DNA from: Lytechinus pictus
Taxonomy: Eukaryota
Direction: 5' to 3'
NCBI RefSeq assembly: GCF_037042905.1
Contig: NC_087245.1
Coordinates: forward strand, 16,618,001-16,682,000
DNA length: 64,000 nt
Positions 28,592 to 41,493 of the stretch are shown in pieces. The notes under the pieces were generated by a model. That model did no database searches, was not told the DNA's origin, and saw only the letters and a program-made list of their open reading frames with translations. Both the position numbers and the translations under genes were made by a program. Numbering within the stretch: position 1 is the first letter of the stretch; the number at the start of each line of letters is the position of its first letter.

Positions 28592-31500
28592 CGTTTTCAT
28601 CTTACATAACTTACTTGTTGCTTTGAATATCGATGCCCATCGATGTGTTTGTGTTCAACAACAACATATTTTGTTATTGACAGCATACTTAGCGAGTTTT
28701 CTCATCACATTCACTTTATTCACATACTATTTGTACTTGAGAACATGTCAACGTAAGGGAAAGAAGACATTGTATTCATGTTTTTTGCGAGTGTTCCATT
28801 TTGTTGGAACATTTCGCACCAAGGACCAAACTGAATCATCCTCATGCTCGGATAGCCAACTTCCTGTAATATAACTCTTCATGCCTCGACTAATCTTTTG
28901 TCATGACACAGTTACCATGGTAACCACAATGAATTGTAATCAAACGCGACAGCTACTGTCTGCCCTATAGAATTTATCGAACCCGCCCAAATCAAACCAT
29001 AGGCCTATCAAGTGACGCGGAATCGACTTCCATGTTGATTTCCACGCTGTTAGGTCCATAATTTACAAATTACAACTGATTTTGTATGTTGGTAAAATCG
29101 ATAATTATTCCTGATTATTGATTTTGAACTATGAAATTTCTTAATGGGCGTCGAAAGGGGAGTCAAAACAAATATTATTTTCATTTCAAAGTATCAGAAA
29201 GACGCTTCCCTAGTTAGAAACATCTTTTCAAAAATGTCGTGTACAGTAACAGTCACATCCAATGATCGTCAACCTATCTGCTTTCAAAACCACTTAAACT
29301 TTCATCATCTTTCGAGGATGATTAGGCGAAAAGAGGTTCATTTAAAGATAATCTATAAGTAAAAGGTGGACGTTGAGAATATGTGGAGACGGTAAGGGCT
29401 TAATGATATGGGTCATCTTTATCGTCTTCAGACGGATATTGGACGATTTACAGGTCATTGGACCACTGCAAAATTAGGGCCTGAGTTTCTCTCCCTCATG
29501 TGCTGTTAAACAATAATTAGTCACTCCTCCCTCACTGTACGAGAATCTTCTGCATCGATTATTGATCTGGTAAAGATATAATGTGAGGAGAATAAGGCGA
29601 GACATGCGAGGACAACTTAGCACGAGAAACTTCGTCATTTGTTAATTGTTTGTCAAAGTTTTTAAAGTTTAGAAGAATCACGGCATATTTTCTTGCTGTG
29701 AAGGAGACTGAAGCTTTAGGCTTTGTCTTATCCAACTACATGCATCAAGAGTACACTTTACCCTATACCCACATCTGAAAGAGTTCCGATTGACTGTGAC
29801 AAATATCACACTGTACAATCACTGTAGTGAGGTTGAAACGAAGAAGACCTTTTGCTTTAAAAATATATCTAGTTAAAAAATTAATTGATTAAATGCAGAA
29901 GATCTTAAGGAAGCATGATTAGAGAAAAATGAGAATATGCAGTTAAAATTTCCAGGTTCACCTATGCACGAGCTGTACATGCAGAACAAGATCTGTTTAA
30001 AACACCAAAAAGAAAGGACTCAAACTTCAAAGAAACTCTGCTTTGGGGGGGGGGGTGGTTAACGGCTTCAAATTCTGACAGTTTAGGAAATATCAATCGT
30101 TTAGATAAATCAGTGAGATATTAATGCATCATCATGGATAAGTAAATTTTCTTTTTACAAATATAAGTGATGGCCAAATCAGGGAGATATGAACCGGTCC
30201 TCCATGACCCTATTGTTAATTGAGCTTCTGCTGACAGAGAATCTTGCCTGTTCTGCATTCATTTCTTCGTTGACCAAAGCTCCGTTTGATAATTCTCATT
30301 AGATGAAGTGCAAAACTTTGTTTGAATGTTCAAAATACCAATCATTCTTTGGCAAGACGCTCGACTCCGAATGATATTCCTATCCTAACAAAAATAAAGC
30401 TCTCGAAGGTAGGTGGTGACGACGCCTTTGCCTATAATAGGTCAGTGAATGCTTGTTGATTCTTTCGAGGCATCGCTCCCAGGACTTCCGAAGGAAGGAA
30501 AACTGGCATCCAGATTGTGTCTACTCTCGCTGGCGGGTAACATTCGTGTAGGAAGATTTCAAGACTTTATAGGTTACAGACGTTCAGCTCATGACAGTAA
30601 GATGAATATAAGACGCATGATGTTTGCCTCGCTTGGAGAAACTCGGTCAATCTGGAACATGCTGGTTAAAATTATACTTGCGTGACAAGAGGAGTTCCTC
30701 AATATAATCATAAATTGGTAATAAATTATTACAGTGAGTTTAAATGGGTAATATAGGAAATAGGAATGAGTAGAGGGGGAGGGAGAGAGGGACGAACTGA
30801 AGGAGAAAGGAAAATAGTAGGTGAAGGTGAGATCCCGATGTATGCATGCCATCAGATAACATTGATGAAGACAAGTGAGAGGAAATGCACGGATGCTTAC
30901 GAGGAAGATTACAGACTATTCTTCCTTGTCTTGAACCTTCTCAAAATGAAACGAAAAGCTGGAAGTAAGAGTTGAAGGCAAGAACTTGGTTATAAGAAGT
31001 TAATTTTGGTCTAGATGACACAGAATCCGATGTTAGTGAATTCCTGCTTCCTTCTCCACAAGCACTTGAGCCATGATCTCGTATCATTCATTGACAGAAC
31101 TGGGTTAGACGAGTTGGAAATATGTTCCCAACCTGTCATACTGAAAACTTATGGAACTTCCATGCATCACGAAATGAACGTCTCGTCACATCGAAGATAG
31201 GCCTAAAGATCATCAGCAATTTTCCTGATATTGTCCAGGTATGGGCACTTCCGTATCACATCATTACTTCCGGTCCATCTCCATGATCTCAGTAACTGCT
31301 TATCAAAGTTACATGTTACTTGTTCCGGATTTCCACTAATATTTGACCAACATTTCGAAGGATGACGCGAAAGTTCCTTCAAGTGCAACTGGACAGGATC
31401 CAAGTTTTTCTTGCTTTCGTTGTGTCAAAGACTTCTTGATGAACTCTAGCAACGAATGTTTGCTCAACAAACACTATTCCCTCGTTAAGCCAGCTTGTGT

Positions 31501-31651
31501 GGTCTTGGCTAATATTCGGAAGTATAATGTTAAGTAGAAATTGACCATGACGTTGCATTTAAGGCGCAATTCTGTTAATTCAAACATTTCGATGGTTTGC
31601 ATTGTCATGTTTTCGAATTACAATGAGTATAATATGTCGGAGTCTTGTATT

Positions 31652-33139
31652 CATGGCCCTGGAAAGCGGGGGTGCTGGCACCCCCAAAATTTTCCTTGGG
31701 GGTGCTTTGTGTGTTATTTTCCATAGGCAGCACCCCCTGGAAATCTGGTAGGTATGACAAATGACAGAAATGTAATGAAAATGAACGTTTTGTAGGAACC
31801 CCCCTTCAGAATTTTCCTACACAGTGTTGAAATAGTGCTTTAATTTTTTTTTTTTTTTTCAGATCGGAATATTAAATATTTTCAGCTTGCGCTCCGCGCT
31901 CGCATTATTGATTTTCTTGAGAAAAAAAAAAGTATTCTTTCTATCTTAATCTAAACAAGCGCATGCATGTTTATTCAAATATACGCCTTTTTTTATTTAA
32001 AACATGCTTAAATTATGAAGTTTCAGATCAGAATATCAATTTTTTTCTGCTCGTGCTTTGCGCTCACATTATTAATGTAGGAAGAAACTTAAATATGTTA
32101 AAACCCTCAATAATTTCAAACTCTCTGTTAAAAGACATTTCCTCAATCTTGCCTAGGCCGATCAACTGGGATGCAATACTATTCCCCTTTCAGGACTGAT
32201 GCTATAAACTATCATCTCTTTTTTTATATATTACTTTATATAATACTGTTATCACTTTATACGTCTGTACTTTAACAATATCAAATGGACTGATGATTGT
32301 ATATGTATTATCACCATTAATTGTTTTTAATTGTATATAATTGTATTGTTTGTTATCCAGGGCCTCATGGAAGATCAACTTTTGTTGAATGAGCTACCCT
32401 GGTGAAATATGAATAAATAAAAAAAAAAAAAAAAAAAAAAAAAAATACCCATCCTTTTCCTGATTCACAGAACTTGAATTGTTGAAATATGTATCGTCTT
32501 CATGGATAACTGCAGTCCTTATAACAGGTCCCTTTTCGATCAGGCCAGGACGTAGGCTGTATCAAAATTTTCTGCTCGCGGTAATCGTGCTCGCAGTAAT
32601 TATTTGTTACATCTTGTTCAGGATCACAAACATTGCCCAAATTGTTCAATTATCAGCACAATATGAAATTTCCACAATTCTTGGTTCGCGCTTCGCGCTC
32701 GCATTATTCTACAGTTGAAATATGTATCGTCTTCATGGGTAACTGCAAACAGTCTTTATAACAGGTCCCTTTTCAATCAGGCCAGAACGTATATATTAAG
32801 AATTTCTGCTCGCGCTGATCGCGCTCGCAGTAAGTATTTGTTATACTGTATACGCTTCTTGCTCAGGATCACAAACATTGCTCAAAAAGTTCATCTGAAT
32901 GCGCTATAAAACCATCAAACTTGACATGAAAATAATACTAAACATATAAAATTGTATTTTTCCGTATGCTTCACCTGAAAAGTTCTGTCTTATGTGTGTG
33001 TGTGTGTTTGAGGGGTACCCATGCATGTGTGTGTATATAAAAGAACAATGAAAAACTCAATTGTGCCTCCCCAACCTATGAGGAGAGATTTCAGCCCATT
33101 TCAGCACCCCAACTGAAAAAAATCGTTCCGAGGGCCCTG
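31652..33139. mobile_element. Non-autonomous hAT-like element with GCGCTCGC subrepeats
   Basis: Ends CATGGCCCTGGAA / TTCCGAGGGCCCTG; TSD CTTGTATT/CGTGTATT (7/8); related copies at about 51170-55720 and 61950-63330. Confidence 0.8.
32088..32445 (+). mobile_element. 5'-truncated LINE 3' end with poly(A) tail, nested in the hAT-like element
   Basis: Interrupts the host repeat relative to the copy at about 62030-62100; terminal stem-loop CCAGGG...CCCTGG, then AATAAATAA and a long A tail. Confidence 0.65.
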
Positions 33140-34006
33140 CGTGTATTTAAGAAAAAATAACCTCATTGACACCAAAAAGAATATATATGTCACTCTCTAC
33201 AAAATTATGATATTTCTAAGTATGAATAACTTGAAGGATATGGAGAGCAACGTATACAATTCAAACCCAAGTTGCAGTGTTGTCTTATATATATATTTTC
33301 TTCTGATAATTGAAAAGAAATTCATAGTGGTAAGGCCATATCGGGTTAACTGTTTGGCTTTTATGAATATGGATGCTGCGGAGCAATGGTGCGAGTCCAT
33401 GCTAAAATGAATTATGACTTTGTATGACACAAATAGTCCGATTGTATCTTTCCTCATAGCTTAAATAATTTATGTTAATTTACGATAACGGGTCCCATGA
33501 GCCATTAGGGGTCAACTTGTCTCGAACATGAACTCTATACCGTATCATTGCACATGCTGGAGAACATTAATTCTTCTAATATTTCCTCTTCTGATGGCTT
33601 GGAGATTCCGTGAATTTTTTTTTTACGAAATGACTGCGTATGGTCGTTAGAGAACTTATATCTGCCTCTAATATCATGAACATATTCCATATCGTGAGAA
33701 AGCTTCTCGGTCTCCATCATGGATACTACTATCGTGAGAGTGATTAGGAATTTATATGTCTCCAATAAACGAGGAATGGTCCATACGGAAGTGTTCAATG
33801 AGGAACACGATTTAGCAGTCTGATTCATGGTCCGCAACTCCAGTATTCATCGTTCTTGATTTGATTTGATTTGACAGCTACAGAAGGATGCTCTCATCTA
33901 ACTTTATCCTTATTTATCTCCTACTTTTAGTTCTCTTTTGTACCTATATCCCCCTTGTCGTCCTCTTGACCCCACCCCTTACAAACTCTCTCTCTTGATA
34001 GATATA

Positions 34007-34243
34007 CACTGTAAAAACTGTGGTGTTAAAACTGACACCAGTTGGTGTAAATAGAAGACCACACTCTGAGGTGTTAAAATTACACCTAAAGATTGAGCAT
34101 AACACAAGAGAGTGTAAATGTAACAACCAAAGGTGTTGTAATAACACCTATAAGTGTTGAACTAACACTATAAATTTAACACAGGAGTAAAATAACTGGT
34201 GTGGTCCTCTGCGTATACCGGTTAACACCACAGTTTTCGCTGT
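34007..34243. mobile_element. MITE with TA-flanked CACTGTAAAAA ends
   Basis: AAAACTGTGGTGTTAA ... TTAACACCACAGTTTT inverted repeat. Confidence 0.7.
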
Positions 34244-34532
34244 ATACTGTTGCGAGTAATCAACATAATCTTCTTTGACATTATGTTGATAAGATAGGAA
34301 TGTAATATATTACTAGATAACTTTCACTTCAGTGTGCCATTTTATAAAGTTGTTCGTTCTTGTTGAGTATTGTCTATGCAGCAGGGTTCGCCCCTAAGAA
34401 CATGACTTGTATCAATAAATTCATGCGTAACTTTAAAAACAACTTCATGAAACAACAACAACGGGCTTCGATGATTAAAAACAAACAATGGAATTGACGG
34501 TTAAACGTATTTCATGAAAGAGGGGAAAAGTA

Positions 34533-34778
34533 CACTGTGAAAACTATTGGGTAAAATTTTAACCAGCACGAGGGTAATTATGTGTCCAACCAATTTTGGG
34601 CAGTATTTTACCCAATGCGAGAAGCATATTGTCCAGAAAGGTTAAAAATAAGCAGAAATTACTTTAGAATGGGCAAAATTCTCATCACACTGGATAAATG
34701 AAAATGCCCAATGTTCATGTAACGGTTGCACACATAATTACCCTTATGGAGCATTTTTACCCAATTATTTTTAGAGTG
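34533..34778. mobile_element. MITE related to 18127-18325
   Basis: CACTGTGAAAACTATTGGGTAAAA ... TTTTACCCAATTATTTTTAGAGTG. Confidence 0.65.
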
Positions 34779-34979
34779 AACTTCATTTCAAAGCGATTCC
34801 TCAATTCTCATTGTACTGCTTCACATTTCTTCTCGCTATTTAATGTTAATTTTCTTAAAATTATAAAAGTATATATTCTATAAGAGTGAAAACAAAAATA
34901 TGTATTAGCTATGATCTTTATACTCAGATGTCCATCTTAAATTGATTTTGTTGCCTTTTCCCCTTTTTTTCTGTTTCAG

Positions 34980-35073
34980 GTGACATTATTCTGTCGGTGA
35001 ATGGTATATGTGTTGAAAGATCTTCGCATGAGATGATCGTCCATCTTATTACTGTTTCTCCAAACTCTCTAAG
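34980..35073 (+). CDS. GRASP: Tamalin/GRASP-like, exon 4 (PDZ C-terminal half)
   Basis: Long pyrimidine tract plus CAG; (G)DIILSVNGICVERSSHEMIVHLITVSPNSL(R) fits the PDZ GD.I..VNG...H..IV pattern; donor AG|GTAAAA. Confidence 0.92.
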
Positions 35074-35432
35074 GTAAAATATCGACCCGTTTTTCAATAA
35101 TAACCCCAATCACTTGACAATAGCTCCTTCTTAATTATTGCTACTTTCCTGTTAAGTATATAAAAATAGTTAATGGATGAAATTCATGTGGTGCGTTGAT
35201 CATTTTGCTTGTGACATATGCACTAAATGTTGTAAAAAATACAACTGGTGATGCAAAAATAGTAAGAATCAATATTTATTACTGATTAAGTAATAAAATG
35301 TTAAGTTTTCTCGGTCACTTTTGCCAAAGTCATCTAAACTATTATTACCTCAAAGGACCAAATTGTGTAAAAGAGTGTTATATACTTTCACCTCTGTATT
35401 TCGAACATAATTATGTAAGGATGTGTTACATA

Positions 35433-35670
35433 CAGTGGCGGGTCCGGGGGGTACATCCGCCCCCCCCCCCCCTTGAGAGCCATAGTCAATTTTTCTGATT
35501 TAAATATGCCGCTCTTACACAAGTGCCCCTTGAAATTGAGAACTTGTTTTGCTTGTCAAATTGTACTTGGACGAAATTACCTTAACATTATGGTGAAAAC
35601 CTTTTTTTTTCGCTTGTCAAATTTTTCTCGAAAAATGTGCCCCCTTTGGAATTTCCTGGATCCGCCCCTG
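35433..35670. mobile_element. hAT-type MITE
   Basis: TIRs CAGTGGCGGGTCC / GGATCCGCCCCTG; perfect 8-bp TSD GTTACATA. Confidence 0.85.
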
Positions 35671-36998
35671 GTTACATAGTATTTACAACAATGCTTTGAA
35701 GATTTCATATCACAGATGTTCTTATCTTGGGAATGAATACGTTCGATGTAAAATCAGTGGTTCATGTTTCGTCCTCACCATCTTTTCACGAAGATGTCAT
35801 CTGGGCTTCCTGTGAAGGATTTTTCGCGCCAAATTGGCAGAGTATGAAATAAGGAAATGATCGTCTGCTCAGCCGATGTTGTCAACGTTCATTTAATGTT
35901 ACCAGCTGAACATTGATTCAATGCCTCGCTCCGATGCGATTGTAATATTAAATCAAACATTATCGTGTGTATAACGTCTGCTTTTAACTATTGAAACGAA
36001 ATGGGAAATAAGAATATACTAAAATAAATCATGATGGATATTACTGTAATTAGTACATACCAACTCACCTAATTATCAAGAAATTGGAATGGATATATAA
36101 CAAGAATGATAAAGAAAATATGATTACACAGAAATAGCCAAGAAGTGAGTTCACGTTCGAAAAGATAAATCAACAAATTTTTCGTGGTGACTTCAATGGT
36201 AAAATTTAATAATGTTAATAAACATGTTGTAAGACTCTGCCCTTTATCTGCCTTGAAGATGACAATAGGCAGTAGCATATTAAATAAAATCAAATAAAAA
36301 TAAAATATCAAGTTAAATAACATCATAAAACAAGCAAAACAGAAAGAACACAACTTCGATTGATTGAGCCTTTGATGACAAACATAAAATAAGTTTGTTC
36401 TCTCTTGTATTGTTTGTAGCTTTAACTTTCTTGGCGGGAAAATCCGCTATTTTTGCGGAATCATCCCTGCGCTGTCTGTGTTAATCGGATGAACACATGG
36501 TGAAGGTCGAACTGTCTGCTATACAATATCGTGAACCTTTTCCGATTGGAATCACGAGAACTTCTTCATGTTCTAGAAAGGGGTTGTGGATTGGGTGTGG
36601 CCGAGGAAGAGGGTTATATTCCACGAAGAGTCTATAGATAATATCATCATAAAACATCCTTCCTGATTGCTTTATAGAATTATTTTGCAAAAGAATCACA
36701 AAATTCGCATCATTCTTTATTTTTGCAAGCTTGAGAGCCATGAAGTCATGTAGTATTTAGAGTGAGGAAACAATCTGTGAAATTAATGCGTTTGGGAAGA
36801 GGTGATTTTAACCTATAAAGCGATAAAGACGAATTCCATTGATAAATCATATTTTTGATAAGTCGCTTATTTTAAGCGATAAGTCATTTTTTGATCGCCT
36901 GTCGAGGTGCATAATTTTAGGGTCAACACGCATGCTTATTATGTTTCGATCAAGTGCAATTTATGATATATTACTCTTCAATTACATTTTTTCTTTAG

Positions 36999-37065
36999 AT
37001 TGGTACTTCTCTTCGAAGACTGTGTGAAGAAAGTGGAACACAACAAAAAGCTCGTCAAATTAAAG
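36999..37065 (+). CDS. GRASP: Tamalin/GRASP-like, exon 5 (start of coiled-coil)
   Basis: TTTAG acceptor; (R)LVLLFEDCVKKVEHNKKLVKLK; phase-0 donor AAG|GTACGG; phases fit both neighbours. Confidence 0.88.
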
Positions 37066-37624
37066 GTACGGTAAAATCCTATGAAATATGTATTTTAATT
37101 GAATATAGAGTGTACATTTACTCTAAAGCGTGTTGAATTTAAAGCCAAGATTTCCAAAAAACATCTATTGTCTATAAGACTGCGTTACAATCTTTGGTCT
37201 GAAAGATACATGATTTGGCATGTGCCAGGTCGCAAATGCATTAAATTAAAATTGTGTAGGTATATTTTTCATCAGCATTAAAAATAATATTTTATGTATC
37301 ATTGTGAAAAGAAAGTGCCAAAGTTCGCAAATGTGCCCCTTTGAAAGTGAAGACATTTTTTTTAATTTTTTTTTTGGGGGGGGCTTTTAAACTTTTTTCG
37401 TGGACGAAATGTCCTTATTTTTTGTTGAAAATCTTTTTTTTTTTGCTTGTCAAATTTTTCCTAGGGAAAATGTGCCCCCCTCCCTTTGGAAAATCCTGGA
37501 TCCGCTCCTGCATAGCATCCTGGCAAATCATTTGTAGTCTAAATCAATCCCAATTCTTACAATTGAAAATTTGCGATTGATTGCTCATGATCTGCTTTTT
37601 GCAAAAAATTGTTGAAATTCTTAA

Positions 37625-38222
37625 AGGTCAAGTCCACCCCAGAAAATTGTTAATTTGAATCAAGAAAGAAAAATCAAACAAGCATAACGATGAAAATTTC
37701 ATCCAAATCGGGTGTAAAATAAAAGTTATGACATTTATATGTTGCGCTTATTTCTCAAAAAACAGTTATATGCACAACTCAGCGATATGTAAATGAGAGA
37801 GTCGATGATGTCCTTCTCTCACTATTTCTTTTGCTTTTTATTGTTTGAATTATATAATATTTCAATTTTTACAGATTTGACAATAAGCTTAGACCAATTT
37901 GACTTAACAATAAAACTGTTGAAATAATGATAATTTCATATGTTCAGGGAGGAATACAATTTTGTTTCACATGACAAGGAGGACAAATCAGATTTTTTAA
38001 AATAATAAAATACAAAAAATAGTAAGTGGGTGACGTCATTAGTCTGCTCATTTGCATACCGATCAGGATGTGCATATAACTGTTTTGTGAAATTAGGCGA
38101 AACTTTAAAATGTCATAACTTTCTTATTTTACATCCGATTTTGATGAAATTTTCAGTGTTTATGCTTGGTGGATTTTTCTCATTTTATTCAAATTGGCTC
38201 TTTGTTGCGGTGGATTTGTCCT
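37625..38222. mobile_element. Kolobok-type non-autonomous element (TTAA TSD)
   Basis: TTAA|AGGTCAAGTCCACC ... GGTGGATTTGTCCT|TTAA; a truncated 5' copy is at about 1609-1670. Confidence 0.8.
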
Positions 38223-38867
38223 TTAACCAGATCCATAAATATAAGCAAAATTTTGGTCCAAAATTACTTTTGATTGCAATTTACAAGAGTGGCACTTTTT
38301 ATAAGCCTATACATATTGCCACACTATTTCTTCTTTCTTTCTTTTTGAGGGGGGGGGGGGTATAACATAACATTAAAAAGGGAATTTACTATGCGGGTTT
38401 CGTAATTCCTGATTTTTTTCCTATTTGTTTTGCGTCTCAAATCATTTGTTATTAACTGGGAAGGAAGTTAAAAGAGGAAAGTTTGCATGAATTTTACAAA
38501 TTAAGCCAAACGGGAAACATTTGAAGGTAAAGGAACCTGGTTAAAAAAAACAGACATGTGACCCAGGTTTCGATTTTATGGAAATCGTTAAAAAAAGAAA
38601 GCAGACGAGCGATATTAACACATTGCTTCTGATATTTATTTCATTTCTTTTTTACATGTTTGAACAGATAAAACAAATGCTTATTACATACATACATAAC
38701 AGGTACTATAGCGCGTTACCAATCATAATTATGATAAACAACTAATAATAATAATAATTACCCAGCACAAACCAACTATCCCTTGACCATTGTCATTGTA
38801 TTTATTTCTGTTGATCTACCTTACATTCTATCAATCAATCTGTTTATATAGCAATATATCTATTAAT

Positions 38868-38904
38868 CTATCCATCTATCTATCTATTTATCTATCTATC
38901 TTTA

Positions 38905-38965
<61 letters not shown>

Positions 38966-39011
38966 GTCTATCTATCTTTATACAGATTTATTAACCTGTC
39001 TGTCTATCTAT
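38868..39011. repeat. (TCTA)n microsatellite
   Basis: Tetranucleotide run just upstream of the last exon; accounts for the IYLS repeat in ORF 38790. Confidence 0.92.
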
Positions 39012-39029
39012 TTATCTTTGTTGCTACAG

Positions 39030-39287
39030 AGAATGTTGTATGATAAAAAGCTAGCATATCGCGCCCTCCAAGCCCAAGAGAAACGAGTGATGCTAGGATT
39101 GGCGAGATATGAACTCAATAGCATGACATCACTAGCCTCGGATGACAGCGGTTTCTATTCATCACCGGGATCATCCCAGCTCAGCAGCAAGTCACAGTCA
39201 ATGAGCTCCATCAGTTCAGGAGGGTTCAATTTATCACAGATTCCTGGCAACGAGAGTCTAGAACAAATTGCTCTGTTGGACGTCTAA
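39030..39287 (+). CDS. GRASP: Tamalin/GRASP-like, exon 6 (leucine-zipper region, Ser-rich tail, stop)
   Basis: CAG acceptor; RMLYDKKLAYRALQAQEKRVMLGL resembles tamalin [24 protein letters not shown]; ends ...IALLDV TAA; spliced CDS 702 nt = 233 aa. Confidence 0.9.
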   Translation, partial: RMLYDKKLAYRALQAQEKRVMLGLARYELNSMTSLASDDSGFYSSPGSSQLSSKSQSMSSISSGGFNLSQIPGNESLEQIALLDV

Positions 39288-41023
39288 TAAGTTTTGAAAA
39301 TGGACACTACTGACTTTGCTCAAATATGAACTAATAGTTGACAATCCGATGAAAAACCAATGGTGACCGTCACAAGAATGAAAGTTTCATGAACTTTTGT
39401 GCTTTAAAGTCTGATCGTTGTGAAATGATACGACTAAGTATAAATAAGAAGAATGGACATACGATAATGCCCGTTCCTTTACCATGCATGCATGGGTAGA
39501 TTTCTCAACATCAGACCTCCCATCATTGGCATAATTATTGTTTGATGAACAAAATTCAAAATTTTTCGAGGAACACGCCCCCTCCCCTCCCCAGGTCGCC
39601 GCCCCATCGTATTGTGTCTGTTTTGTTTTACGCAAAAGGGGTGATCTAATTTTTGACCCTATAAAAGACACTCTCTCAAATCATAACGCCAAAAGGGTGA
39701 TTACATGTTTTTTAAAAGTATATTGACAAGAAATGTGTCCTCACAAATTTTGCCCCCCCCCCCCAAAAAAAAAAAAACGCTGGTAACATCTTAGCAGAGC
39801 TTAAGAAGCTAGTTATTATGTTTATTATATTGTTCTGTTCGTCTTCTATATTTGACATGTTTGAAGGGTATCGAAATAAGATGTACATAATCATTTCCTT
39901 ATTAGGTAATATTTTCATATCCTTTTGCCATGTTGTAGGAGTGTGGAAGCATCGCGATCGTCAACAACATGAAGAAGAAAAAAGGAACGCTTACGCGTTG
40001 CCATTATTATTACGTGATTTGTGCAATATAGGTATTTCAGTAAGTCAATTTACCATTAGTTTCGAATCTGCAAGCGTTCTTGCCTGTTCAGTATTTTATT
40101 TATACCAACTGAATGTCTACATGCAGATTTATATTTGCATTTTTGTTACAATACATGTATTTAACTTGAAGTTCCCATTATATTATTATAAAGTTGTAAT
40201 CACTACACTGAGAATTTCAATTGTCCGGCAATTATAATGTTCTGGTTGTGTTTATCTGTATCTGTCTGTTCATCATGGTCTTTAACGGTTTCCCCGTCTT
40301 CTCTCTTCTCTTTTGTCAATTATTATGTTTTGTTTGTTACAAAACAGAATGTCGAAAAAGAACAAGCATGATTAAACAGGTATATCGTGATCATTCTACA
40401 TGACTTGTATTCGTATTAAGGCATGTTGGGTTCTTGAAAGCGGAAATCTTTTTTTTTTGACGTCAAATTGGATCTAATTTAAGCAGAAAAGAGAACTAAA
40501 CATATCGATAACATTTTAGCGAAATTCATTTAAGATAATGGATTCACGATTTTCTTTTAAATTTGTATTATGATGTCACACGCGAGCTGCTCTCATTGTA
40601 CACAAAATTATGTGGAGAAGCTCGCAAGTATAACGTCACAGAATTAAGAGTAAAACGTAATTCTGTTATCCTTGTATGACACTACCCCTCACATAAAGAG
40701 ATGGAATCTATTTTACTGCAATTGAATGTCTCCGCCCAATCCTCCACTTCGCAGGAGGCAATCGAAGATCACCAGGCTGTGGTTTAAAAAATCGCCATAA
40801 CACCGCCAGCGACCGTGTTGACTCCGCATGCTAACCGTCACTGATATTTCCATCTGCCATGAACCTTGAAATTTTCTGGGAACCGCCCCAAATCAAAGTA
40901 AAACAAGAAATCAAACTTTAATATTCGTGGTTCTTTTGGCGGTTTGGAGTGGTCTGTGTTCAGAACGCAGAAGGGCGAATACATGATTTTACCTTGATAA
41001 CACGGGATACATCAATATAATAT

Positions 41024-41182
41024 GGGGAGCGTGTCATCAACATTTCAGTCTGACAAGTTGTCAGGTCAGACAACTTTCTTTGATAATGATTGGCTGAGAG
41101 GCAGTGTTACCATAGTTTCTGTCAGATATAACAGTACTTGTCGGATAAAACGTCTGACAAGTACTTTCTTGAAACGCTCCCC
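41024..41182. mobile_element. Small MITE
   Basis: GGGGAGCGTGTCA ... TGAAACGCTCCCC inverted ends. Confidence 0.75.
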
Positions 41183-41274
41183 TGATCATATTGATGAAGC
41201 TTTACGATTTGGTGGCGGAGTTAACACGGAAGTATATCAGCTTCATCAAGGAGCCAAGCGGTGGAATTGCGCTT

Positions 41275-41493
41275 TATAATAATGATAATAATAATGATAA
41301 AAATAATAATAATAATAATCATTTGTATAGCGCCATCTATGTAGAAACACTCTATTCCGAGGCCCATTGTTATTATTATTACCCCGGCTTTAGCTCGAGC
41401 TGCCTTTCAGCGCTCGTGCATTTAAGGAATTAATCCTCCCGGGTACCAATTCACTTCACCTGGGTCGATTGCAGCACAGTATGGATAAATATC
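41275..41493 (-). mobile_element. 5'-truncated SINE/retroposon with (ATT)n tail
   Basis: Absent from the paralogous segment at 56635-56760; flanked by TTGCGCTT/TTGCGTTT; (AAT)n at the left end. Confidence 0.65.

Noticed and set aside
38790..39029. N-terminal 80 codons of the 165-aa ORF
   Set aside because: Intronic (TCTA)n repeat; homology starts at the CAG acceptor (39030)
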